Assembly (NCBI RefSeq): GCF_033153115.1
Contig: NW_026889750.1
Coordinates: 22,568,001 to 22,632,000 of the forward strand
Length of the DNA stretch: 64,000 nt
Origin: Saccostrea echinata
Lineage: Eukaryota
Direction of reading: 5' to 3'
The position numbers were made by a program, and so were the translations under genes. Under the pieces are notes generated by a model, which was not told the DNA's origin, ran no database searches, and worked only from the letters and a program-made list of their open reading frames with translations. Below, piece after piece: positions 39,110 through 49,856 of this stretch (position 1 is the first letter of the stretch; each line of letters starts with the position of its first letter).

Positions 39110-42100
39110 AAGTTGTTGGTATCCAAAAGGAAGGACTTGCCACAAAGATTACACATGTGAAGTATGAAAGCCCTAGCACCAACCGTACAAAAGTTATGGC
39201 CAAGGTTAAAGTTGGGTAAAATTTTGCAAAACTGGGTCAAGGTCAAAAAGTCAAATATGGTGGTACCCAAAGAAAGGTCTTGTCAAAAGGAATACACATG
39301 TGAAATATGAAACTCATATCTCTAACAAATCAAAAGTTATGGGCAATGTTAAAGTTTTTGCGGACAAACAGACAAACAGACAGACGGACGGACAGGGCAA
39401 GAACTATATACCCCCGAATGTTCTATACGAGGGCATAAAAAAGAAAAATTCAAATTACTGGTTAAAATTACAAAATACATTTAAATGCAATTGTGTACTA
39501 GAATCAAGTTTACAGGATATGGTAGAAAATGATATATGGATCACAAACATAAGAAATGAATTCCATCAGGATGGTCTATCAGATTTATATAACAATAGTA
39601 ATGTAGATTCAAACTCCATTAAGATATTGTATAAAGAATTTGTGAAATTTTCATTTAGATGCTCAGACATGCAAATTTTAAGAAGAAATTTTTCTAAAAT
39701 TCCTCTGTTGTGGGATTTTTTTCGATTTCTTGTTTAAATCGAAAAACAGAGGAGTTGGAGTTTGTATTTCCTGTTTTTTGGGGGTACACAAATTGTATCT
39801 TGTGCTAAATGTCTCAGGCCTTTGTCTCCTTGCTGTGATTCACTTAAGAATAAAAATGCATTTAGCTCAAAATGGCAAGTCGCTAGGAGGAAAAAATGTT
39901 TCCACACAGCCCTCTAATACCCAAATGGACAGAGTATTTATAGGTATATCCTGTTCCTTAATCCAAAAAGATTTTCTGAATAAACATTGCTAAAGCTGTG
40001 TTATACCAATTCATTAATCTGTAGTCTCTAATTTTCATATCGCTGGCTCTATCCATTTTTCAAGCGAGCTCAGAATGACATAAACAAAAGGCCGTGGACA
40101 TACGAATCGGATCAGCTGGTTCGTCGTTATTGGAAGCTAAGGAACGACATCTCCATAATCAAATAAACGCATTGAAAAGATATTAAATTGCAAATCGGAT
40201 CTGGGCTGGTATTGACTGCGCTTATCAGGTCCAAAAATAAGGTTGAAATAAAAAGAATGATTTTTACGTCATGATTCCAAGTTTCTCTAAAGACATTTTT
40301 ATTGATGTCCAATGTTACCTTTGACTCAGGATGACGAGATGGGCCTTTGAATGCATGATTACAGAACCAAAAGGGTTCAGGTGATGGGTTCTGAAAAGAT
40401 AGATATTGGCTTCCGTCTACTAATCATCGGTCTTTTTCTCGAAATATTGATAAAACATTAAGATGTAACTGTGTCAAGGATACAAGTTTTGAACAATACT
40501 ATTTAGATTTAGATCTGCAGTCGATCGTTTTTCTTAATGTGTTAGAACAACTCCATTGACCACAAAGTTTTAAAAGTTTTAAAAGCAGTTTCAAATTTAC
40601 TTGAATCATACTCTATACATTCAGATAAAAAAAAAGCAAAAACTTTTTTTTCGAAACTATTTTTGGCAATTACAGTGTCATAATAAAGGAACAGAGATGA
40701 ATGCATTAAAAAGAGGTGAAAATACTTGAATTGTTTAAAAAAAAAATAATAAATAAATAAATAAAAAAAATAAAAAAAAGATACATAGAGGATACTCTGA
40801 GTCAATGTTTTTTTTTAGTTCGATATGGAATTAATTTCACAAATAGGACAGGATTTTTTTTTTTTAAAAAATATTTTCACGAGTGCGAAGAACGCGTGAA
40901 AAAAACAACAACCAACCCCCCCCCCCAAACCCCCCCCCCCCAAAAAAAAAAACAAAAAGCAAAAAAACTTTCCCATGAATGAAATAAAATCCAAGTCCAA
41001 TAAAAAACATCAATTTTTCTGTTTATTTTATTTCTTCGGATTTCCTTAAGACCCTATAAGGCTACTAGTTCTTTCAAACAGTGAAAATAAACATTTTCAT
41101 AGTGCAAAAAAAGTCTGTAAAAATATTAATTTAATTGCATGGATTAATTCCAGTATTTCATCGTTAAATGTAATAAAGATATTATCTAACTCAAAATGTG
41201 TGTATGTTTTATTTATTAGTTCCAGATGGATCTATTACAAAAGCGGAATGTGATAAACAGTCTGACTTCCGGTATATATATTTGCTGGACTTCTGCATCA
41301 AAGTTTTCTTCGATGACAAGAATTACGAGGAAGCTTTGGAAAAATGTAAAACATTTCATGGCGGTAACCTGGTGAAAATTGACAGAAAACTGAAGCAAAA
41401 AGAAGTTGAAAGTTACTTAGGTATGGTAACTTGCTGTGTTTATCGATAAATACTAGTACATGTATATGCAGATGCTAATTCCCAATATACCAAGTACATT
41501 ATATATGCGCATTTTAAAATTCTTTTTAAATTTGAAACTTTTTGTTATTTTGTTATTGCTTTTTTTTTTGGAAGGGGGTGTTATATTTTAATATGCATGA
41601 CTATTTTTGAAACAAGGAAATCAAGTAAGGGCAAAATAAAAAAAAAAGATTACAAATCAACATATTTTTATCACATGAGCTTCTACACTATATTATTGTA
41701 TATACATATATGGTACACGAATATAGAGCTCCCTTTTACGAAGTCGTCCCATATGTAAGCTTCACAAAAAGCATAACCGAAATGCGAGGTCAATATGCAT
41801 TTCTGTGAATTCGAAATATCTACATTTATTAACTGACCGAATCAAATGCCTACATGTGTTACATGTATATTCACGAGATTGGGAAAGGGGTGATCTAATC
41901 ATTTTATTATGTTGTAAATTTTGAATTTACTAGGGAGAGGTAAATGCAATATTTACAATTACTTCTCCCTAGTAAATTCAAAATTTACAACAGTGATATC
42001 ATAATTTTATTTTAGTAAAATAAATCTGAATTCCGGAAATATAATTTAAATTTAATTTAAATTTAAATCAATTCAAATGCATNNNNNNNNNNNNNNNNNN

Positions 42101-43366
42101 NNNNNNNNNNNNNNNNNNNNNNNNNNNNNNNNNNNNNNNNNNNNNNNNNNNNNNNNNNNNNNNNNNNNNNNNNNNNNNNNNNNNNNNNNNNNNNNNNNNN
42201 NNNNNNNNNNNNNNNNNNNNNNNNNNNNNNNNNNNNNNNNNNNNNNNNNNNNNNNNNNNNNNNNNNNNNNNNNNNNNNNNNNNNNNNNNNNACAAAATAA
42301 TAAATCATTTTAGATACACTCTGAATACAATTGCATTTGTTGCTTCATGGAGGGGGGGGGGATTCTCCAATAAAAGAAATTAATTTTCATTTATACAAAA
42401 CATACAGTGATATCATAATTTTATTTTAGTAAAATAAATCTGAATTCCGGAAATATAATTTAAATTTAATTTAAATTTAAATCAATTCAAATGCATTGAA
42501 TTGAACAAAATAATTAACACNNNNNNNNNNNNNNNNNNNNNNNNNNNNNNNNNNNNNNNNNNNNNNNNNNNNNNNNNNNNNNNNNNNNNNNNNNNNNNNN
42601 NNNNNNNNNNNNNNNNNNNNNNNNNNNNNNNNNNNNNNNNNNNNNNNNNNNNNNNNNNNNNNNNNNNNNNNNNNNNNAAACAAAATAATAAATCATTTTA
42701 GATACACTCTGAATACAATTGCATTTGTTGCTTCATGGAGGGGGGGGGGGGATTCTCCAATAAAAGAAATTAATTTTCATTTATACAAAACATGAAATTA
42801 TCCTGGAATGGGTTGCCTTTTTCTGTTTCTGAAATATTTTGCTCTATGGTTATAATTGCAAGTATTGTAATTTATATAATCACATATAATTATAATAATA
42901 TGATTATTTCGAAGATAGCATGCGTCTATATTTGACGATTTGACACAGACTCGAGATAAAAATTGTGCTTGAAGAAATTGCACATTTCTGACAGGATGTA
43001 AAGTTTTCGATCTATTAGTAATTCCAATGATTAAAACATAATGACACAACTAATTCACCAAATTTACACCCTAGATAACTATCCCACCTACTTAGATTTG
43101 GACTATTGTGGTCATTTTTAATAGATACCGTGTCCTCCAATCTGGATTCTGACGACCAGATACGCATCGCAGGCTATCGCTCCAGGGACGACCATTGGGT
43201 TTATGACGACAACCAAAAGCTGACTTATTTTAACTGGAACACGGAGCGAGACCAGCCTGATGGACAGTCGGGTATCGCACTGAAAATGACCAGTTCCGGC
43301 TACAGATGGCACGATGTTTCGGACTATAGAGACCTCAAGTTCATCTGTGAAATCAGCGCGCGATAG
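32005..43366 (+). CDS. Secreted PAN/apple + C-type lectin domain protein (QPD...WHD), 3 exons, ~252 aa
   Basis: Exons 32005-32320, 41220-41420, 43125-43366, phase 1 introns. Signal peptide, then PAN-like SKIQCVDACSMVENCLSLLYNSVTRICKLY, then a CTLD: C..FCIKVF..KNYEEALEKC..GGNLVKID..YFNW..QPD..RWHD..FICE. Intron 1 is ~8.9 kb and intron 2 contains N gaps, so extra exons cannot be excluded. Confidence 0.82.
33170..33220. repeat. (GA)n microsatellite
   Basis: Perfect AG dinucleotide run. Confidence 0.98.
34750..35440 (+). mobile_element. Degraded non-LTR retrotransposon relic (endonuclease / pre-RT region)
   Basis: Broken frames read DIIVNDFGRKLI, NDR.., and WFNDVCKAK. These resemble the D..N..G..L, NGR and PWF..C motifs of APE-type LINE ORF2. 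Confidence 0.5.
35444..38025. repeat. 45-bp tandem satellite, roughly 57 copies
   Basis: Unit AAACATACTCACAAAAAAGTCTCACGTTAACACAAACGTAATTAG repeated head-to-tail with no spacers. Confidence 0.98.
38024..39442 (+). mobile_element. Non-autonomous Helentron/HINE-like element with ~125-bp internal tandem array
   Basis: Starts AAACAAGAAGTGTTTGTGAAACAC. Contains repeated units (AAAGTTATGGCCAAGGTTAAAGTTTTTCAAAAGTAGGTCAAACTCCAAGGTCAAGG...) and a (CAGA/CGGA)n tract. Ends with a CCCC..GGG hairpin then CATAAAAA. Confidence 0.85.
39445..39700 (+). mobile_element. Degraded non-LTR retrotransposon relic (post-RT region)
   Basis: NYWLKL..CVL..WITNIRNEFHQDGLSDLY resembles the YWxKL...W...I...L...GL region downstream of RT in invertebrate LINEs. 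Confidence 0.5.
41910..41992. repeat. Palindrome with 29-bp perfect arms
   Basis: TGTTGTAAATTTTGAATTTACTAGGGAGA ... TCTCCCTAGTAAATTCAAAATTTACAACA. Confidence 0.9.
42083..42677. other. Two assembly gaps (42083-42291, 42521-42677) with duplicated flanks
   Basis: N runs. Sequence ~41990-42082 recurs at ~42404-42496, and ~42292-42403 recurs at ~42680-42793. Confidence 0.97.
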
Positions 43367-44319
43367 AATGAGAAGGCATCGATCCTATTGAAGCAATTGC
43401 ACAATTTACCATAATGTACCATAAAGATTTCTGCACTGAATGCTTGTATAATGAAGGTGTTTTAATACTGATGCTTTTTTCTGAAAAAAAATCGAAAGGA
43501 TTATTCATGTGTACAACATGTACAATACTTAAGCTTTATTGACAAAGTTGCACACATTATACGCTTGTTCTTTTTGTTTTTGTTTTGTTCATTTCTAAAA
43601 AAAAAAAAAAAAACTGTTTAACAGTACAGTTGTATATGTAGCCTTGACTTTTGTATGATAATGATGGCTAATAAACACAGGTATGGTTTGCTGAGACAAA
43701 CAAGTGACCCCCCCCCCCCCCCCCCAGGCAATGATTAAGGTGATCTGTCTGAAATTGGAAAACACGATTTTTGTCTTTTTTTCTATCCAATTTGTTAGTC
43801 AGACACCCAGCAGGTGATCTTTCTCTTCTAAAAATGTCAATCAAAACCAAGATGAAACACGAAAACAGATGCACAAACGACAAAGCATGTATACCCTTTA
43901 AGCATATGATGTACAAACACACACTCTGAAGATTGTATATTATATAATTATAAAACTTTATATATAAAACATATATCTTCTATTACTCTTAATTTGTAAA
44001 GAAGTGTAGAAAGAAAATGTGTTTGTTTTCTGGGAATGATTGAATGATTTTGATTCGGATGTTGACATTGATTACATTATCTTTCCAAAGTTACAGTACA
44101 ATCAATAACATATACGAATATTGCCATCTAAATGTAGTTTGGTGTGTTTAAGTAAAATTAACATATCTTCAAATTAGCTCCAGTGTAAATATTAGTCTTC
44201 CGTTGAGTCAAATAAACAGAATATTGGCATTTTTTGTAAGTTTGTATCATTTCTGCAATATGAAGTCAGTTCTGTCTTTCTCTATCTCTATATTGGACGA
44301 AATTCATTATAAAAAAATC

Positions 44320-47300
44320 ATGAAAGGTTTTGGATGGCTTTTATTTCTCGTGCATTACAATGGAATTACAGGCAGCATAGCTACATTTATGTTTAAACAG
44401 AAGGCTGTCAAAGTGAGTGATATTTTGGACCTTCGACCTTATTTTCCCGGAAAGAGCTCCCGAAGTCCTATCGAATGTAGCCGATCCTGCTCCAGAGTTG
44501 AGGGTTGTATTTCAATGATATACGATAAAGACTCGCATGAGTGTAGAATCTTCAAGTCCGACATTGCCGAGAGAAAGCGAGAAGAGTCGCGAGACTTTGA
44601 CAAGAAAACACCCTGGGTGTACTATCATATAATTAAAGGTAAGTAATTCATGTTCAAAGAGGTCTAGAATAGAAGAACAGTCTGTCGGGAAAATATGCGC
44701 ATTTTTATACAATTTGGAAGTGCGTACATATCGTCTCTAGTCCTACTTGGCAATAGCTGCAGAACTGTAGCTCTCTACAGATCCAAGCATTGTAAAAATC
44801 TTCAATTTACGCCGCCGCTTTTTTGTCGCTCGCTTCGGGTATTATTTCTTGTATTTTATGCGTTCTCCCAATTTACAAATGGCAACAGCCCCACTCCGGA
44901 CAAAAGGTATATTGCTCGTGTTGATTTTGCGTATGCTGTACCTGGATATTTATTACTCACCTGTCTGCTTATATAAAAACCTCTTCTGGCAGTGTACCAC
45001 GGCAGACTAATTTTTTTTTTAATTCAGGCAATCTATTAATACTCGTTGACAACTCTAATCTATTGTTGTTTTGTCCACCCTCGTGCGTCGTCTTATCTAG
45101 CTGTTACAATTTTAAAATTGTTAAATGTATGCTTCTCACACCTTTGTCCGTTCGGGATGGAAATGCAACAAAACGAACCCTTAAATAATTACAATGAACA
45201 ATAAGCCCTCTTTCAAGATGTTGAGTTGTTCAAGACCCATTGAGGAACCAGTTTGGTCACATATCGAAAATTCATTTGATATGTTTCAAAAATCTTCTTT
45301 GCTTCTTGGAAAAATAGCAGACAAGGTGTTTCTATAAAGTATGTTCTAAACTCTGTGGTTTGGCTAGTTAGATCATATATTGAAAGGCATCATGTCTTTA
45401 AAAACTTGTACTTTACTCCTGGAAATCTAGAAGATGTAGTTTATTTATCATGATAATGAAAAATACACCCTGTCCCAAAATTGTGACCTCCTCCTTAGTC
45501 CATTCATTTTTAGATGGAATAAATACTCAGAAAACTATTTAATGAAATGCATTATATTTGATTGATTAATTGTATGTTGTTTGACGTCCCATTCGTTAAT
45601 TTTTCACTCATATAGAGAGGTCACCATATACCGGTGAATGGCTTCAAATTTAGACCTTTACTCGGCACTTAGGCCAAACAAAAAATATGTGTGGTTCCGG
45701 TTACACTTCCAAAAAAATTAGGGTAGGTAGGTAGGGATTTTTTTTAACAAAATGATTTTCTTAATTTTTTCTAAATAGTACCTATGACTGCTTTGCAAAT
45801 AACATTTAGATGTGGTGTGATAATATACTAGTCAATATTGGTAGGGGACACCTACATGCTAGCTTGCTTTGGATTTAACACTATTAAACACTTGCACTAT
45901 GTTTTGCAAGGATGCCGTCATTGCTGAAACTAAAACTTAAACTGGAACCATTGATGGAAATCGGGGAAAATTCCGGAAAAAATATGAAAATTTGCCAAAA
46001 AAAAGTTTAGGGCTGGGGTATAAAATAGGGAAGGTCGGGTAACCGGAACCACACATATTTTTTTATTTGGCCTTAGGACCATTGAGCAGTGAGGTCTAGG
46101 GTTCGTTATCGTGCCAACGCCTACCGTGACACGGGGCTCGGTTTTTAAGGTCTCATCCGAAAGACCCGCAACTTTCACTTCAAAGTGCCGAGCGCTTGGC
46201 GAAGGAACAGTAACTGTTGTTACCTATTTTTATCGACTTAGGTCAGTCGCAGCCGTGATTCGAAAACACTACCTTCCAATCACGGAGCGAGCTCTCCACC
46301 GACTGATCGAGCTACCGTGACAGTTCTTTGTATTTGAAAGCATTTCTTAACCCTTGGACACCTAGCAGACACAATGTATGACATTTATATGTATGAACAG
46401 TGAATTAACTCTTAACGAAAACTGAAATTCGTGTCCTCTGTGCCCATTGGGCTCAGGTACCAGGGTTGGGCTAAGATATATTAAAAAAAAATACTGTACT
46501 GATGGACGTATACTGCATTGTGATAATGAACAAGGAGTTTTTTCGTCAGCTGTGAACTTCAAATTCCTGTAGGTTAATATTCAAATGTTTGTATTCCACG
46601 GAAAGATAAACTGATAAAACCAGTTAAAGAGTACATTATGTTGAAATGCGTGAAACCAAATATAATACTTGTAATAATATAGAATTGCAAGGTTGTTGCT
46701 TAAAAATGAGTACTAAGAATCCACATCCAAAATATGATCAATTTCTGTACATTATTAATTTCAAATCTGTAAATTATCCTTAACTCACCCGTACTCATTT
46801 TTAAAAAAATATATATTGAACTGCCTGGCGAAAATGGAGACTAATGTGAAAAAAAAAACACGCTCATAGCGAACACACTTATAATGAATTGATGCTTACA
46901 GCGAAGTGATTTCCAATCCCCCGACTTTAAAATTTTTTGTTACTTAACGGATATAACGAATTACGCTTATAACGAATTCGAAGCAAAATCGCCCGTTCCT
47001 GGCACTTCGTTATAAGCGTGTTTTACTGTATTTTTCATGTCTTTAAGATTTATCAATAGCATCTGTCTTATTTTTGCCTTTATCAGAATGCGGTCCAGAC
47101 GAAACTTTCTGCCCCAAGGAGTACTCATTTACATCGGATCTCTGTTTCTGTTTCCAATATTTTCCGGGAAAACTCAACCATGTAGCTGCCACACTGAATT
47201 GCCGAGCAAGCAGCGCCATGACATCCCACAACGTGAACAGAAAGACTAACCTTGCCAGAATCGACAGCCCGGCCAAACAGCAGAAAATTGAGGATTACTT

Positions 47301-48002
47301 ACGTTCTAGTACGTACTACTAACATGTAGCAAAAATTAAAATAGTTAAACAAAATATCAAATGGGATTAATTAAAAGATATTTGATTTGTACGGAGCCGG
47401 TAAGTACCAGGTAGAAAAATATTTTATCTGGCGGCCGCCAAATAAAAAGACCTGGCGGCCGCAAGAAATTATATGGCGGCCGCCAGACAAGTTATCTGGC
47501 GGTCGCCAGATCTTTTTATCTGGCGGCCGCCAGTTATTTATGTGGCGGCCGCCAGAAACTTATCTAGCGGCCGCCAGATAAAATATTTTTTCTTCCTGGC
47601 ACCAACCGGCTTCCGTAGATTTGTTATTCAAAGGCATACTTTCAGACAGACAGATGATGATTCCAGAGATGTGAGAACATTTAATATACATTCCAATCTG
47701 CAATAAAATATTTACAGTCATGAATTTTGCACAAGGTTGTTTTTATTCTTATTTCAGTAGATACGAAGACCTCTGGGGGTTTTGTCTTCATCCAGGGAGA
47801 ACAACTGGGAAACAGATGGTACTACAGTGATGCAAGAACACCTCTAAAGTATACTAACTGGGCTGAAGGCGAGGGAACAAACGAAGACGAAGAACACATC
47901 GCCCTATCAGTGACAAATTTCTCCTGGTACAGCAAAGACAACGAGTCAGAGTACCCTCAGTTGTGCGAGATTCCTCCTCCAGACTATTTATTTGTTCCCT
48001 AA
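44320..48002 (+). CDS. Secreted PAN/apple + C-type lectin-like domain protein, 3 exons, ~261 aa (paralog of 32005-43366)
   Basis: Exons 44320-44638, 47087-47308, 47758(or 47761)-48002, phase 1 introns. Signal peptide, SPIECSRSCSRVEGCISMIYDKDSHECRIF, then CTLD CFCFQYF..AATLNC..NLARIDS..YTNWAEGEG..FSW..QLCE. Confidence 0.85.
45558..46318 (-). mobile_element. tRNA-derived SINE interrupted by the 45672-46072 MITE
   Basis: Minus-strand head GGTAGCTC..AGTCGGTGGAGAGC..TTCGAATC (A/B-box-like) and an (AATC)n tail at ~45560. A related body fragment lies at ~49345-49470. Confidence 0.7.
45672..46072. mobile_element. PIF/Harbinger-type MITE (TTA TSD) inserted in a SINE
   Basis: TTA|GGCCAAACAAAAAATATGTGTGGTTCCGGTTAC ... 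GTAACCGGAACCACACATATTTTTTTATTTGGCC|TTA. Confidence 0.85.
47390..47617. mobile_element. MITE with TACGG termini, 6-bp flanking repeat GATTTG and internal TGGCGGCCGCCAGA repeats
   Basis: GATTTG|TACGGAGCCGGT...ACCGGCTTCCGTA|GATTTG, in intron 2 of the 44320-48002 gene. Confidence 0.8.
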
Positions 48003-48715
48003 CAGGAATTCCATGTCTTTGTTCTGGCAATGGTTTGGTGGGATATACATGTATAGATAGGCAAAGCTTCGAATAACTTGAATATTTTTCTGTTATGTTC
48101 TACTTTATAATATCACATAGTGAGACTTCTCCCACAGGAGGACTCCTCCTGTAAACTGGTAAAGGATAACTATGTTATGATGGCGAATCTTCCCCCACGG
48201 GAACCGATGGTTACATGTATATAGTGCCTCCTGACTCCTACATACTGAGGCTTCTCACTGCACGTGATAGGTTTGAATTATAACTTCCTCATTCCAGGGA
48301 AAGTGATCCCCCTTTCCAAATTTTCATAGTATTGTAACTTTTTTCCTCCAGGAAAGGATATTTATTTGATTCTAAGGGAAAGAGAAAGAATACCTATGTA
48401 CAGGACTTTTTCTGCACAAAATTAATTCGGATGTAATTATTACGAACATAGGTGAAAATGTCCATCGTTCTGCAAATAAGAAAGTGAAAATTAAATCTCA
48501 ATCATAACTAAATTTTCTCTGATATTTTGGTATCTATTAATTAAGATTATCTTTTTCCAGAATTTTTTTGACTCAATAAACTCGAGAAAGGTACACATTG
48601 ACATATCGTCATAGATGCCCTATTCGTGTTGAGTTATTCAGCTGCGCATTTTCTATAATTTTGAAAATTTTGAAATTTGCAATATAAGAACAGTTATTTA
48701 ATACAATTGCAAGTC

Positions 48716-48810
48716 ATCTCAGCGAGATTCGTAGAGACTAAAAATTTAATATATATAATTTGTACTGACGTCTCTTAATTTTTCTTAGTCTCGACGAATC
48801 TCGCTGAGAT
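48716..48810. repeat. Inverted repeat with 26-bp arms and an AT-rich spacer
   Basis: ATCTCAGCGAGATTCGTAGAGACTAA / TTAGTCTCGACGAATCTCGCTGAGAT (1 mismatch). Confidence 0.85.
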
Positions 48811-49856
48811 TATTGCCAGTAGTGAAGGACGTTTTATAATATTCGTCTCGCATAGACACTGCAAGGGGCTTTGAAAAAGTCTCGCGGAACTCGGATGTAT
48901 CTAAAAAATCGTTTGTACTATGAACTGAATTTCAAATATATGTTACAATGTACCGGTATTATATATAATTCTTGTTATAAGTTACTGTAAACTGTACACA
49001 TAGAAACGTTAAGTTGTTCGTTCATAAAATTTAGGAATAAAGCTTAAAAGCATCAATTTCGTTGTGTGTTTTTAAAAGATGTTTTATGTCATTACAATTA
49101 TAATTTAAATGTATGCTCTGGAAAATCAGGATTTAATTAAAAAATAATTGTTTGGTGTACTAGCTACAAAATAAACATTGAAATAACATTTCTAATGAAA
49201 GAGTAGCTGGGAGGGAACAGATTTTAGATAGGTGGTATGCCACCCAAATTAAACTCGGTCCTTTCTAATCTTCAAATCCTTCAAATACTCTCCAACAGAT
49301 ATTCATTGCTTATAATAATACATGAGTTAACTATAAAGAAAAAATTGCAAATTTAGACCTGTACTTGGCACTCACAGCCATTGAGCAGTAAGGGACAGCC
49401 TTTGAGCAGTGAGGGATCATTTTTGTACCAGCATTTACTGCGAACAGGACCTCATTTTTACAATCTCATCTTAAGGTTAAGTAACAAAATACATTATTTT
49501 GTAAATATTTACAGTATATAAAATTTTAATATCAATGATACTCACAAATATCAAAGTAACTTGTTTCCAAAATCTTACATTGGATCCATCAACAATATAA
49601 CAAATACGATATTTTAAAAAAAAATTAATACCATACTCCAATAATATACAATATGATATGCCTAACATTTCAAAATATTTAGCGATAAATTTTTTTCTCT
49701 AAAATGTATTTTAAACCAATCTAGTTTGTACAGTTCATTGAAAAATAAATATTGTTCCAGTCACATTTTGACCATTATGTAGGACCAAAAGAGTTGAAAT
49801 AAAAAAAAAATTTAAAAAAAACTTTATCAAAAATCAGTAGTTCTTGGCTACAGTTA

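Noticed and set aside
42063-42701. ORFs containing X runs
   Set aside because: Artefacts of N gaps.
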